Of a stretch of DNA of 64,000 nt, positions 44,534 through 57,900 are shown in pieces. How positions within the stretch are numbered: the stretch's first letter is position 1; the number at the start of each line of letters is the position of its first letter. Origin of the DNA: the human T2T-CHM13v2.0 reference genome, Homo sapiens; NCBI RefSeq assembly GCF_009914755.1, contig NC_060926.1. One strand, given 5' to 3'. The translations under genes were made by a program, and so were the position numbers. The notes below the pieces were generated by a model. It worked only from the letters and a program-made list of their open reading frames with translations. It was not told where the DNA came from and did not search any database.

Positions 44534-45319
44534 GCTCTTGGGGTCATAATTTGCCTAATAGGAAATGTGACTTATAATGCAATAATAGTGAAATCCAAAG
44601 CAATAAATTATGTACATGGAGGCATGTACATAATGTCACTGTTGGTGACATTGGGCTCAGACAGCTTTGGGCGCAGGGTAGATGCTATAGTTAAGTGATT
44701 TAAAGACTGCGTGTCAAGATTCCATAATGTTATAAGGTTATTTTAAAGTACTCATTCTTTTCACCAATGCTGTTTTTTTTTTAAATCACTTCCTAACACA
44801 GCTTTCATTCCTTATCTCCAAACAAAAATTACTGACTACTGCCTTTGGCATTGAGGGCTCCTAGCAAGGCAGAAGCATGGCACAAGTTGGCAGTATTGTG
44901 CTTAAGCCATGGGGTAGAGCTCAGAAAGGAACAGGCAGGCTGACAGAAGTGCCCTCTATGTCAAGCTCTGACTTTCTCACTTGAAAGTTTGGGTGTCTGA
45001 GGCATGAGGCCCTAGGCTAGGACAAGCGGGTGGACATTTTGAAAGGCTAGGATCCTGGCAGCCCACTTACACCAACCTATTTTACTTCTAAGTGGTGCAC
45101 ATTAATCACTCCAGAAATGCAAAGGTGACAATGAGTCAAAGTTTAAGACTGATGGCGCAAAAGTTGCCACTAAGTATTAAGAGAGTGCTCTATGCCTAAC
45201 ACAGTGCTTGGGGCTTCATATACATTAATTTTCACCTTTAAAAAGTCCTCTGCAGCCATTATTGTTTCCTGACTTTATTTTACAGATAAGTAAACTGAGG
45301 GGCAAAGGTGTCAAGTGAC

Positions 45320-45621
<302 letters not shown>

Positions 45622-46202
45622 TAAGTAACTTTTAATAACCAGCGTTTGTCAGATCCAACTGTTAGCTGTCCTTCTTTTAGTAACCTCTGTGATCCTGTCT
45701 TTTTGCTACTGTAGCACTGTGCGAGAGGTAGCACCTGAGAACTGGTACCCGAAGAGCGGAGGAGGCGCGTGTGCAACCATTGCCCGGGATCAGTATGTGC
45801 ATTTAAAGGTGAAGACCAGAGTCAGCACAGCTAGAGGCTCTCCTCAAGCATCAGAATGACACAAAGAGCCTCCAGAAAGATACATTTTCCAGCAGGCCTC
45901 CCTGTCAGTACAGAAACAAAATGCATTAGCAAGAAGCTCACATGGCCTGAATTTGCTGAGATTGACAAGGCGGGTGTGCGGTGTTCTGAGGCTGCCCAAA
46001 CAATGTTCTGCAGCACTGGCTGGAATTCTAGGTGGCTTCCCAGTTTATATATTCAGTGAATTCTTAAGGGACAAGAATAGCAGTAAAAATAATAATAGCA
46101 AATATTTATGTAGTGTCAACATGTGGCAGGCACTGTTCTAAGTACTTTACAAATATTAAACTAGTAATGTTATCCTCAAAATAACCCTCTGACATAGGTC
46201 AC

Positions 46203-46610
46203 TGTGACAAAGGCTGCTGCCTGGTTTTTGTAGTCCATCGATGTCTTCTTCCTGGGCTCACAGCCAAGGCTCCATATCCCAGCCTACCCCTGGGTTGAGG
46301 GAGGGTGTCATGAGACTTGGTGCTGGCCAATGGAATGGGAGTGGAAAGTACAGGTGCCTCCCTGAAGTCACAGGCCTTAAAGCTCCCACGAGCTCCCCTC
46401 CGTACTCCTCTCCCTCAGGGCCTCTTTAGAAATCAAGTGTTACAGCTGACAACAACTGCCAGCCTGAGTCCCCTGAATTACGGGAACAGAATCCTCTGCT
46501 CATCTGAAACTACCCTGGCCTATTTTATGAATAAGACATAAACTTCTTTTATGTTGAGATAATCATGCTTGAATTTTCTTGTAACTACCACCTAGCCCAC
46601 TCGAGCCAAA
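46203..46610 (+). mobile_element. MLT1I/J-like MaLR LTR nested in a MIR (MIR halves about 46090-46200 and 46615-46750)
   Basis: CTGGCCAATGGAATGGGAGTGGAA and ATAAGACATAAACTTCTTTTATGTT are MLT1 motifs; MIR text resumes at CCTACAGATGAGCAAACTGAGGC. Confidence 0.65.
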
Positions 46611-47069
46611 TTTTATACTATTACTGTTATCATCCTACAGATGAGCAAACTGAGGCACTGGTAACTTGCCCAAGGTCACACCTAGAACGTGATGCAGCTG
46701 GAATGTATGCAGGCTCTCCGGCCCCAGAGTACATGTCCTTCACCATTACACTATTTCCCCCTATGGGATGGAACAAAGTGGTCTTCCAGCCTGTCTGTAA
46801 GCACATAGGCTGTGGGAGTGGGCTGGAGGGGACACTGGCCTCCAGATGGCCTCATGCCCTTCATGCGTCTAGCTTGCATGGAGGGGTAACCCAATAGCTA
46901 AGGAGAAAAGGCTTCTCCCAGACCCTTCTACCAGGTAGTCACATGGGGTGGAAACAGGATCCATATTTCCTGATTCCCAAGTCTCTCTGCTGCATTACTT
47001 AGCAACTAAACATAATGTAGCAATACATATTACTACAAATCTCCCTGAAATCTAGCAATATACCTTTTT

Positions 47070-47190
47070 TTAATCTCCATTTTTACAGATGGGGGAATTC
47101 AGCCTTGGGGAAGTGAATTAACCTGCCCAGTGTCTCTCAGTTAGCAAGTGGGGTAGAGCTAAGGTTCGCATCTAGTTTGGCTCAGAGCTT
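47070..47190 (-). mobile_element. MIR
   Basis: CTCCATTTTTACAGATGGGGGAATTCAG...AACCTGCCCAG core. Confidence 0.6.
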
Positions 47191-47499
47191 TCTGTTAACC
47201 GGCATCCAATCCTGTTTCACCTGAGAGGAGCAATGTGGAGTGAGAGCTGGGAATACCCACCCTGTAGACTCAGTCTCAGAACAAGGGTGAAAAGGGCTTT
47301 AAAATCACTCGCCCTCACTTGGCGGAATAACAATGCTCACAGCAGCCGTGTGGTTCTCAGGGCATTTCCCCAAGCTTTCTTTATCCTCCCTGGAGTTTCT
47401 CCTCTCACCAGCCGCTCTATCTGGGCACGGGCCTCTGAAGCTCCTGTCTGTCTGGCCGGTCCACTGGGCCCCCTTCAGAGGAAAGGCTGCTCTCATTCC

Positions 47500-48300
47500 T
47501 CAGGGATGTCCCAGAGCCTGGCGCCGCTGCTGGGCATGAGCAGGAGGGCGGGAACGATTTGCTGAGTGAGGAAGTCAACAAGGCGGGGCGGGCATCATCA
47601 TGCCCACTTTGCAGGTGGGGAGACTGACGCTCTGGGCGCTGGAGGGACCCCTCAGATCGCCACAGCTGCTTCTTCCCCCAGGCGCTGGGCTTGTCCCTTG
47701 CAGCACAGAATCTCTGGGTCAGTAATCATGCAAAGGGTGAAAGCCAGAGGAACCTGGGTTAGCAAGTGACACGAAGGGACTTTCCAGGATCCCCCCACCG
47801 CGAGGCCTGGCACGAAGGAGGGCTCACAGCCCGGCTCCCAGAGCCCTGCAAGTCGGGCGCGCTCAGCCCACCTGCTCCCTGCATTGGTGGTGGCGGGCGG
47901 CCCGCACTCCCCGCGCCCCAGGCCCGCCCGCTCCCGCCCGGCTCGGCGCTCCCTCGGCTGAGCAGCTAGGCTCTGCATTGCAGGGGTCCCACCGGGCCGC
48001 AGGGTAGCCTCGCCCCCGCCGCTCCTTCCTTTGTCCCTGCCCCGCCGCTGCGGCGTCTGCGGCTTCTGCGGCCGCCTGGGAGCGGGCATGGGTGGGCGGG
48101 GCCCGTGGCGGCGCTGCCCGGTGCACCAGCACCATCTAGGGGCGCTACGACAGCAGGAAGGGCGCTCCGCTGGCATCCGTGGGTCGCCGCCTGGCCCTGG
48201 GCAAATTTTCCCAAACTCCGGCCTCGGTTTCCCGGGTTACCGTGGAGGCGACAAGCGGGTCCACTCCTATCAGGTGTCCTCACTGGTACAGTCGTAATCC
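47500..48300. promoter_or_regulatory. CpG island promoter, probably driving a minus-strand transcript
   Basis: Very GC- and CpG-rich block (core about 47800-48260) in CpG-depleted DNA; several GGGCGG/CCGCCC Sp/KLF boxes; CCAAT on minus at 47883-47887. Confidence 0.9.
47872..47975 (-). other. Candidate first exon of an unidentified gene; 5' boundary approximate
   Basis: Minus strand ...GCCACCACCAATGCAGGGAGCAG|GTGGGC donor at 47872/47871 at the island edge, just downstream of GC boxes at about 48010-48045. Confidence 0.45.
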
Positions 48301-48334
48301 CTTAATGAAGGGGATTGATCGTCTCCACAGCCGC

Positions 48335-48450
48335 TAATAGGCAAGGAGGGAAACTGAGGCTCTGAGGGGTTAAGTAACTTGTCCCAGGGGATATAGTTCT
48401 GGGGACAGAACCAAGAATCAAAACCAGGTGCATTTGAGCTCCTAATCTGT
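48335..48450 (-). mobile_element. MIR
   Basis: GAGGGAAACTGAGGCTCTGAGGGGTTAAGTAACTTGTCC core. Confidence 0.75.
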
Positions 48451-50498
48451 GCGTGGAACCCCTTGGCTGTGCGGCGTGGAAGAGGGCAGTTTCTCCTGAT
48501 ATGCCACATGCAGTGGGACAGCTTGTCCTGCTCCTTGTCCTCTGCTAGCTACTTTCTGTATGATCAAGTCATGTGACCGCTTTGAAACTCAGCTGTGTCA
48601 CTCACTTTACCTTAGGGATCATCCCAAGGCCTTCCTTCTTCCCGGCTCTCAGGGAGGCAGGTCTCAACCATGAAAAGGTTTCAGAGGATGGGAGCCACAG
48701 TGAGAATCAAGAGGGAAGGGCCTCTGAAGACAGAGCTAGCTCCATAAACCTGTCCAATTATCACCCTTACAAGCGCAGAGCTCCAGAACCCCCAGGCAGA
48801 GGCAAATTTCCCTTAGACCCCGGCTTTGAGGCTTGCAGCCCATGTTATTATCTCCATTTTACAGCTGAGAAAATTGAGGCACAAAGAGACTTGGGCACTT
48901 TCTCAGAGTTGCAGTCCTGGGTGAAATGTGCTCAGGGCTCCCTCTCCTGGGCTGGGGGGCTCCCTCAGGAGATCCCGGATGGTCTGAAGCACAAGGTTTA
49001 CTGAGCCCCAGTGGAGGGTGCAGCCCTGAAGAAGAAAGTGGGAGGGTTTGGTCTGGAAAAGAGAAGACCTTGAGAAACTCAAAGGCTATCTCTAAATCAC
49101 AGGGGCCTAACACATGAATGAGTAGGCAGAAGTACAGGGCAAAGAAGGGATATATGGGGAGAGGGTAGAGTGGTTGGGTTTTAGCAAAAGGAGCAACAGA
49201 AACAGACTGTTGAAGAAGCCCTGCTGCCACATGGCATGACAGATAACCTGCTCCCCAAAGCTACCCTGCGTCCATCGTCTTCTGAAGGCTGCCCGGCTGC
49301 TCCTGGCATCCCTGGCCTCCTTGTGTGCCTTCCTCTCAAAGATATCCTGATAGTCAACCTGTGGCTGCCAAGACCTGTGGGAATATTTTTGCATCCCTGC
49401 CTTGCAAAGCCAGATGATTTTGATGAGCCGTGTAACTCAGGCTTCCTTGGGAAATGCTGGGCCAGTCATGGGTACACCTTTCTGTGACTCTCATCAGCTC
49501 TGAATAATCCCCATCACTTCAGGTAAATAAAGGAAGTTCATCTCTTACAACCCAACAGTAATTAATAGAGTCCGCATCCATTTGCTCATCCTAGAACAAC
49601 TTCCTAGGGATTAGACGTGTTCCTCAGGCACTATAAGCCTCTTGAGATCTCAGATAGTTCTGTCCACTGTCTGTGTTGCAAACCCTACTCCTACCCCAAC
49701 ATACTCCTATCTCAACAAAGAGAGAGTTTCCTAGAAATGCTTTTGAAGTGACAGCAGTGTTTCCATGGGGCATCAAGCCTTCCTTCCATCTATGTCACTT
49801 CAGGAGCTTAAGGCCACAAACATTGGCTGATGACATACTATGTGCCAGGTATTCTGCCAGACCCAGATGATACACTGACAAATTGTCTCAACACACCTGT
49901 ATAGGCAGATTGAATGAATCCTATTATGCATCAGACTGGTAGGGACTATTTCACCTGCTTGGGAATATATGAAAAGGTGTCTAATTTTTCCAGTTAATCA
50001 TCCAAAGTCCATTCGCCCACTTAGCGGGAAGTTTTTTCTTTCTCAAAATCAACCCCTGTCCCACCTCCAGTTGTCCAACAACCTCTCAAAAACCTTTAGG
50101 TCTTGCTCAGGACAAAGGGATTATTAGTTCTGCTTCCAAATGCCAGATGAAAGAGAGAGCTGGAGTCTGGTCAGCACTATAGTGGACTTCTATGGAAAAC
50201 TGGCTCTGGAGAGACTGACGAGTCCACTGTGTGGTGCTCTTATTGGCCTGGCCCTGCAAGATCACAGTGCTCCCAAGCTTACAGCTTTTGCAGTTTCTAC
50301 TGATACATTCAGTCATTGAGCTAAACGCTGTCTCCTGGGCCACCAAGGCTGAGTCTGCTGGGGCGCCATCCATCCATCCTCAGCCACAAGTGCTACAAGA
50401 TCCCACCTTTCCCTCACAATGCACCTGGCCTTCTGCCTGGACCACCAAGATCCTCTGCCCTCCTGATAGTAAGGGCTGTCTCATATCCTCAGAGAGGA

Positions 50499-50617
50499 TC
50501 CAGTAACAGTAAACCTTAGAATAGGAGTGAGGAGCCTTTCCTTTAAGAAGGCTGTCTTATCAGAATCCTTTGTGGAAAAGGCTCCTCACTCCTCTTCTGA
50601 GGTTTACTATTACTGGA
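50499..50617. repeat. Inverted repeat (hairpin), about 43-bp arms
   Basis: 50499-50541 against the reverse complement of 50574-50617: 3 substitutions and 1 indel. Confidence 0.9.
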
Positions 50618-52740
50618 GTTAGGAACTTTTCTTTCCAGAAGGTTGCTTGGCCCTTGTGAAAATGTGTCCACTATTTGTTCTTTTTTTAATTAATCAACTC
50701 TTCTCACCAAAGTGTCAGGAAGGGCCAGCTTTGATAGGCCAGAAAAAAAATCCCAAACTTCCTTCTTAGAGAGCAATCGATGACAACTTTCCTATCATTT
50801 TACCTAACCAAGGGAAGCCAGTTGGTCAACCTAGCAGAGAAGATCCCTGGGCCATCTAGATAGAGAAAACCTGCCATTCCTCTCACTAAAACAAATAAAC
50901 AAAGAATGAACCTTGCTTTCCCAGATACTCTGTCACCATAGAGAGGGAAACTGCCAGAGGCCAGGCTAAGAGCCTTGCACAAGGTCACACAACCACCATA
51001 GGGTGAAAGAACCGGGATTCCAATCCAGCTCTGCCTCGCTCTAAGATCTGTTTGTCCCATTATTCTTCTTTCTGGTGGGGGTATTTCTCTGTTTCAAGTT
51101 TGAGCCGTACTTGCAACCTGTGGGAGATCTGGCATTTTTACTTCCAGTACTGCTTAAAGGACAGCTCCTTTCCCTGCCATATCCCCATCGCCCCTCTCCT
51201 CTTCCCCCAACCCCAAATGCCCAAACTCTGGTAAAAGTGTGTTAGAGCCAATGGGTCTGTTTTTGCTCCCTGATCCCCAAGCTAAGTCTGTGGTCTCCGG
51301 TGGGCATTACATCACACTATCTGGTTAGGTATACCCATATGGTGCCCTTTGTCAGACCTGGGCCAGTGCCATAGGTTCTCCAGTGAAGGCGATGAGACCC
51401 TGGTTTTCTCTGGACTGACAGATTCAATGGGAAAACTTGTCTCATCTCTTCTTCAGAGGACAACCACATCCCTGTGTGATGAATGGGCAAAGTGTGCTGG
51501 GCCTTGCCAAAAAGCCAGGACCCAGTAGAGGCCGAGGGCCATCAATTTTCAGAGCTAGATGAACTCCAAAAGGCATTTAGATCATCCTTTCCATTATACA
51601 GTTAAAGAGACAGGGCCAGGAAGGGAGGATGATTTTCCATGGCCAGCCAGAAATGTTGATGGAACTAGGACTAGAAAAAAGAGATTATATACATGACAGA
51701 GCCTCTTTGATTAAGTATTGCCTTCTCCAGATATTGTCTTTTAAACACGTTATCACCAAGAAGTAGGTAGACCACAAATTGACATCACAAATTTGTAAAT
51801 AAGGAGACTGGGGCCCAGGTAGTTGAAATATCTTAGTCAGGGTCACTTGGTTGGGAGTGGAGCCAGCATTAGGATCCAGATCTCTTAACAGGGAGTTGTG
51901 TATTCCCAGTGATTTTTCTGGCCAGGAGTGAAGTGCTAAAATTTTCAACCTTGCAGGTGAGGCTGCTTTCCAATTCTTTCTTTCTGGGAAAAAAACCATG
52001 ACATCTGGGTACTACTTCAAAGGAGCTTAGACCTCTGGGCACTGGCTCAGCAAGAACCCAACTTGCCCCACACCTCATACCCACTTGCCTTTTCATGATA
52101 AATTATGGCAAGGGAAAAAGGACTCAGGTTTGGTGTTATAAAGACTTCAATTAAAACACTAACTCCATATTTACCACTCACATTGTCTTAGCCATAATTC
52201 TTCAAACCACAGTGTTGTTTTCAGTTGACAGTAGGAAAACATGTAAGTCCAAACTTAAGATGGTTCTCAGCAATAAAGGCTGCCACCTTGTCCTGGCTGC
52301 AGCTGTTGCCATTGATCCCTGAGGCCCTCCAGACTGTGAGCAACCTGGATGCGATGCCTAAGTGGAGGGGAGAGTACCCACGGGATGCTCGTCTGTCACT
52401 CAGAAACACTTTTTTTTTTTAAAGAACAAATAAACGCATTTTTCACACCTTCATCAATACAAGGATTGAATCTGTTCATGAAGAGGAAAGACCTCAGAGA
52501 GCTGCTTCAACAGAGTTTTCAGGCTGGGCACAAGGTCAACAGAATTGCTTTCCTTTAGTCCCCAGGTTATTATTACCAATGCAATTGCTTTAAATACTTC
52601 CTACTATCTACATGTCATGGAAAAGATCCTCTCTATTCTTAATGCATCAGTTTGTTCACCTGCTATGCAGTTGAAACTGAGGATGTCAGACCTAAGTATA
52701 GCTTTAGGGTTCAAGTAGCAAAGCCTCCTCATCTGAGGAG

Positions 52741-53032
52741 ATAATTCAGGAATAGAAAACCAAACATCATATGTTCTCACTCATAAGCGGGAGCTAAGCT
52801 ACCAGGACGCAAAGGCATAAGTATGATACGATGGACTTTGGAGGCTTGGGGGAAAGGGTGGGAGGGGGTGAAGGATAAGACTACATATTAGGTATAGTGT
52901 AGACTGCTCAGGTGAGGAGTGCATCAAAATATCAGAAATCATCGCTAAAGAACTTACGCATGTAACAAAACACCACCTGTTTTCCCAAAACCTATTGAAA
53001 TAAGAAATAAAAATGAATAAAAATTAAAAAAA
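52741..53032 (+). mobile_element. L1PB-like 3' end
   Basis: CAGGAATAGAAAACCAAAC...GCAAAGGCATAAG...CTAAAGAACTTA...AAAACCTATTGAAATAA plus A tail. Confidence 0.85.
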
Positions 53033-53570
53033 GGTGAGCTCAGACCTTTATCTTAAACCATGCACAAAACTTAACTCTAAATGGATCATAGAATTAAAGG
53101 TAAGAGCTAAAGCAATAAAAACTTTTAGAAGAAAACATAAAAGAAAATATTTGAGACCTTGGGTTCCATACAGATTTCTTAGATACTACACCAAAAGCAC
53201 AGTTCATAGAAGAAAAAAACCTGATAAATTAACGCAATCAAAGTTAAACACTTTTGCACTTCAAAAAAAATTCTAAGAAAATGAAAAATAAAAGCAACAT
53301 ACTGGGAGATGTTTGCAAAATATATATCAAATAAAAGACTTATCTAGAATTTACAAAGAACTTTAACAATTTAATAATATAAGACAAATAATATAACTTA
53401 AAAAGGGCAAAAGATATGAATAGACATGTCATCAAAGAGGATATGATGAATAGTAAATAAACACAGGAAAAGTACTCAGCATCATTCACCATTTGACGAA
53501 TGCAGATTAAAACCGCAATGAGACACCACTACACACCCATGAGAATGGCTGCAATAAGTAACATAGGTGA
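53033..53570 (+). mobile_element. Old L1M ORF2 fragment
   Basis: Translates to degenerate ORF2 (KPCTKLNSKWIIELKVRAKAIK); GCAGATTAAAACCGCAATGAGACACCACTACACACCC. Confidence 0.85.
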
Positions 53571-56500
53571 TGAGAAGGTGTAAGGCAGATTAGAAGGAAG
53601 AACCATACTACTTTAGCTTGGAGAAGAAAACTAGGATGAGGCAAACAAGTGATTGCAAACCAGTGATTAATAACAAAGGAACTACATTGTGCTTATTTTT
53701 TTAACCTTGCACTGTAAAGTATCTTCATAAATGAGAAGTTTTAAAAAGTGTTATGCCTAGCTAGTTAAAAATATTCCACTTTTTTGCAGGAAAGATTAGT
53801 GTAAATTCTTTTATTCTGATTTAATCTCAAATTAAAGCATGAGCCTTGCAGTTTATAAGGCATATAAGCCAATTAAGATTGGTGGCTGCTTCTCTGTATA
53901 GAGCTTGCAAAGATAAGTACCTAATTTAATTACAGAAATGATTTTAATTTATTAAATACCTGAAAGTATGATTTTTTAATAGGAATGGAAGGCAGACTGC
54001 ACTATATATGAAATATACTAGGCAAGGTCTGCCCTATGCTGAGTTAAACTAATCAGAGAAGAATAATTAGCAAAGTCATTTGTTGAGACTTTATTTATGT
54101 TCCTTTGGGAAGGGTCATCCTTTCTTAATTCTACTAGAGCTTTTGATGTCCTGATCCTAGGTGTCAGTACAAGAAAGTCTTGGCTGAGCCTTGGTCCTGT
54201 TTGAGCAAGGCAGGATGTGTGAACTTCAAACACACATGTGTCCTGTCATCTTAGTCCCTTCATTGATTGTCCAGAAGTGAGTTTAATGAAGACAGAATGT
54301 CTCCTATAAACAAATCATTATCCCTGATCAAGGAAGTGTAAACAGAACCTGGCCTGGGAAACAGGCTCTTTGTCTCTCCCTACCACAGACATGTAAAATG
54401 CCTGAGCTCTGGGAATTTGCTAGAATCTGGAGTCAATAATGAAACTTCCTGGAGCATAGGGGGAAGACCCAAAAACCAGAGATGCTGGGAGCTCCAACAG
54501 TATCTTTGACATCAGATCTTATTCTAAAAATTGTAAAGATGGAATTAAAACAGCAATAGGCAAGCTTTATTTTCTTAATATGATATATAACTATATTATA
54601 TATTACAAATTTTATAAGACATATAAGACATATGAGATAAAATTGAAGGTTTATCTTAATTACATAACAAAACATTTTCTACAACAATATTTTAAATAAC
54701 AAGACCTAGAGATTGCAGAGTAGGATTCAATTTTCTTACCAAAAAAATTTAACATACTTTTCCTATTCCCTTAGACAAATCATCAGAACCACTTGATTCT
54801 TCATTTTAGATCTAGTCTCTACTGACTTTATAAGATTTATTTAGTTCCTTTTTTTGACAAAGGTAAAACTTCTTGGACGATTATTAAGGTGCCAGATAAA
54901 TAGAAGGGGTTATATTTACACAATTGGCAATGTCTAGCATATAGTAGATCCCCAGTAGGAGGTTGCTTTTGTAACTGTTATTATAATGATCACGAACGCC
55001 ATCATTCTCACCATTTAATTACTTGTGCGTAAAGTGAAGGATGTAAGTATGTTCTAACTAATAATGCAATAACGGATCCCTCTTATTGATTATAAACTAT
55101 GTGCCAAGTCTCTTTTTAGGTGCTTTACATACAAATTAGCATGTTAGTTTTCCCAAGAACATGGAGAGAACATTATTACCATCATTTTACTGGGGCTCAG
55201 AAAAGTCAGGCATCTTGTACACAGTCCAGGGGATCTGTCTGGGAGAGCCTTCAAACCCAGGTCTGTCTGACTCTGTATACCCTGCTTTTTCTATTATCCC
55301 AAGCTGCCTGTTTTGGAGAGATGAACAACACATTTTAGAATGATTTCAAATTGTTTCCCCACTCCAAATGTATGTCAGTAACACCAATGGTAAAACCACC
55401 TGAAATATTGGACGAACCTTTTTGCTGAAAGATAATGTAAGCCCAGGGAAGCCTTTTGGGAAGCTCACAATCTTCCTTTCCATTTCATCACCCTCATTGT
55501 CCTGCTCACAGTCATTCTCACACATTGACTCCAGCAGTATTTCCCTAACACTGATGGGTCCCAGCCTCTCCTGAGCATTTTACATAGTAAACCTTCCTTC
55601 CCACCCTAGACCTGCCCATCAATCGCCTGAAAACAGCCTTGTGGATTCAGGCTCTCCCTGAAGTAGTAAATAGCCAGGACCAGGGGCGGGATCTTGCAGC
55701 CAAGCTTTCTGTGTGTCCTGCATTTCCCACCCAAACTCAGGGAGTGGCTGCATACAGTTCACATTCAGCAAATCGCCCTTTAGATACACATGAACATCCC
55801 CAATAATGAGAAGCTCCCTACCCCCTAAGAAAGCCCATTCCATGACTGAAAAGCTGTGGTGATGGGGAAGCTGGACATGAGCATTCCTATTTTTTAAAAA
55901 ATTAAGGGAACACAAATTGGTGTACGATTTTTGGAGGACCATTTGTCAATTTGCATCAGGAACTTTAAAATTGTTCTTACGTTTCAATCAGCTAATTCTG
56001 CTAGTTCAATAAGCTAATTCTGTTCTTTGAAATTTATGCTACCAAGAGAATCCAAAACAGCGGGGGAAAATGTTATATTTTTGGATGTTAAAATTGCAAT
56101 AGTATTTATAATAGCTTACATATTACTGAATACATGTATAATTAAATATTTTAGTTGTCCTAATTCTTGCATAGACAACATGTGTATAGACACTGAAAGA
56201 AGACTTTCTAAAGTACTGTTTTTTCACCTTAACTCTCCACTAGAATGCCCTGGATAAATTAAATGAAAAACTCAGGATAAAAGGGGTATCAGTATTTGTT
56301 CAAACTGCCCAGGTGATTCTGATGTGCAGCCAAGGTTAGGTGCTATTGTTCTAGAAGGAGTTTTACAGTCATCAAAATGGCTCATTTAAATGGATCTAGC
56401 TCATATTCTCCAAAAACGGAAGCAAGAGGACAAGCACTCCAGCTTCTTGATATGGGACTGTCTGGAGCAATGATTGTTAGGCACTGCTACTCCCATGGCT

Positions 56501-57499
56501 AAGAGACTCAGTGCTTGGACCTACCCATGACATGCTGCTCACCCCAGCCCATCCAAGTTCCCTCATACTGCTCACAGAGATGAGGTATGCTGGCCCTGCT
56601 GGGAAGCCCAGATAGTTTTGAAGAGAGGAGGTTCAAACGTGACTCACAGACTGGGTCTCTTTAACTTGCCAAGCAATTCTTCGTATGTCGCTTCCAAACT
56701 TGGGGCCTCTATTTTCTTTGTAAGATGAAGATATCTCCTGCCTCACCGGAGTGCTGCACGGTTTGGATCAGAATGTAGATGGAACCACTTGTGCCCTGCA
56801 CACAATAAATTGCCTCTGCGCACTGGAAGTTGGCTGAGTGAGGAGACAGTGCTTGATGTTGCATCAGAGTGTGGGAAGCCGAGAGGACCACTCTGAGGAG
56901 CCCAGGATGTGCAAGCTCATCTGAGTGGTCTTTCTGAGACCAGACCCTTCATCCTACTTAACTGTGAGGACCTGAATCTGGTCATTTCCTCCCAATAGTG
57001 TTCCTCCCTCTGGTGGTTTCTGTCCCAATCAGCCAGCCTTCTTTGTCCCTCATTGTCACCTGCATTCCCTACAGGTATTGACTTCTCTGTTAAATTACAT
57101 TCAGGGGATCAAAATTCCCAGTTTTATTCCCTCTGCTTATGTTTCTGGCACAAAGTGAGAAAAGCATCAGAAAATAAATTCAACCAGTTCTCTTTATATG
57201 TCTATATTTTTTTCTGGAAACAGCTCTTCTTGTCCCACATCACAGTTGGAGGCATAATTCACAGTTTCTGTTCCTTCAGCTTCTGGGCCTTCAAAGAGGC
57301 AGGGTAAAGCCAAAGTGAGATATCTGGGAGTGTGTCTCTGAGAACCAGCATCTAGATCATTCTGGATCTGGTGCATCTGTTTGTTTGTTCACTTATTGAA
57401 AATAAAAGCACATTGTTGGTGTACTGTGTGGTTTCTAGTATAGAGCAGCATTCTTGGATGGGCATTTGTCTGGAGGCAGAGCACAGACAATTGGGAAAT

Positions 57500-57900
57500 A
57501 GAAGGCAAAATTCATCCAGAATTCAGCCATTCCTCACTACTCCTGCCATGATCTCCCCAGTCCAAGTTGCCATCATTTCTTACCTGGATGACTGTGGTAG
57601 CTTCCTAAGGGCTCTCCCCATTTTCCTTCTTTTCCCCTGCCCCACCTCACAGGCTAGTCTCAAATAAGTCAGCATGTTCTTTTGAAAAGGTAATTTATAC
57701 TATGTCATTCCTCTGTTCAAAACTCTACAGTGACTTACCATTTCACTCAGGGAACTCAGAGTCCCAATCCAGTAGGGCACTGCTGGCTCTGCCATGGCCC
57801 AGACCCCACTCCTAGCTCTCCAGTTTCCTGCTCTCTGCCCATCTTATTCCAGCCACACAGCCTCCTTGTTCCAACACTACAGTTGGAGTACTCCTGCCGC
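57500..57900 (+). mobile_element. L2 fragment
   Basis: TCCAGAATTCAGCCATTCCTCAC, GCCATCATTTCTTACCTGGATGACTG, TCCTCTGTTCAAAACTCTACAGTGACTT. Confidence 0.7.

Noticed and set aside
45710-45770. CTCF-like motifs
   Set aside because: Several mismatches at the most informative core positions.
47500-48300. Assigning a gene symbol to the promoter
   Set aside because: No coding exon in the window and I do not reliably recognise the leader; a BLAT search is needed.
47652-48305. Overlapping R/G/P/A-rich ORFs in the CpG island
   Set aside because: Stop-codon scarcity in GC-rich DNA produces ORFs in several frames; none resembles a known protein.
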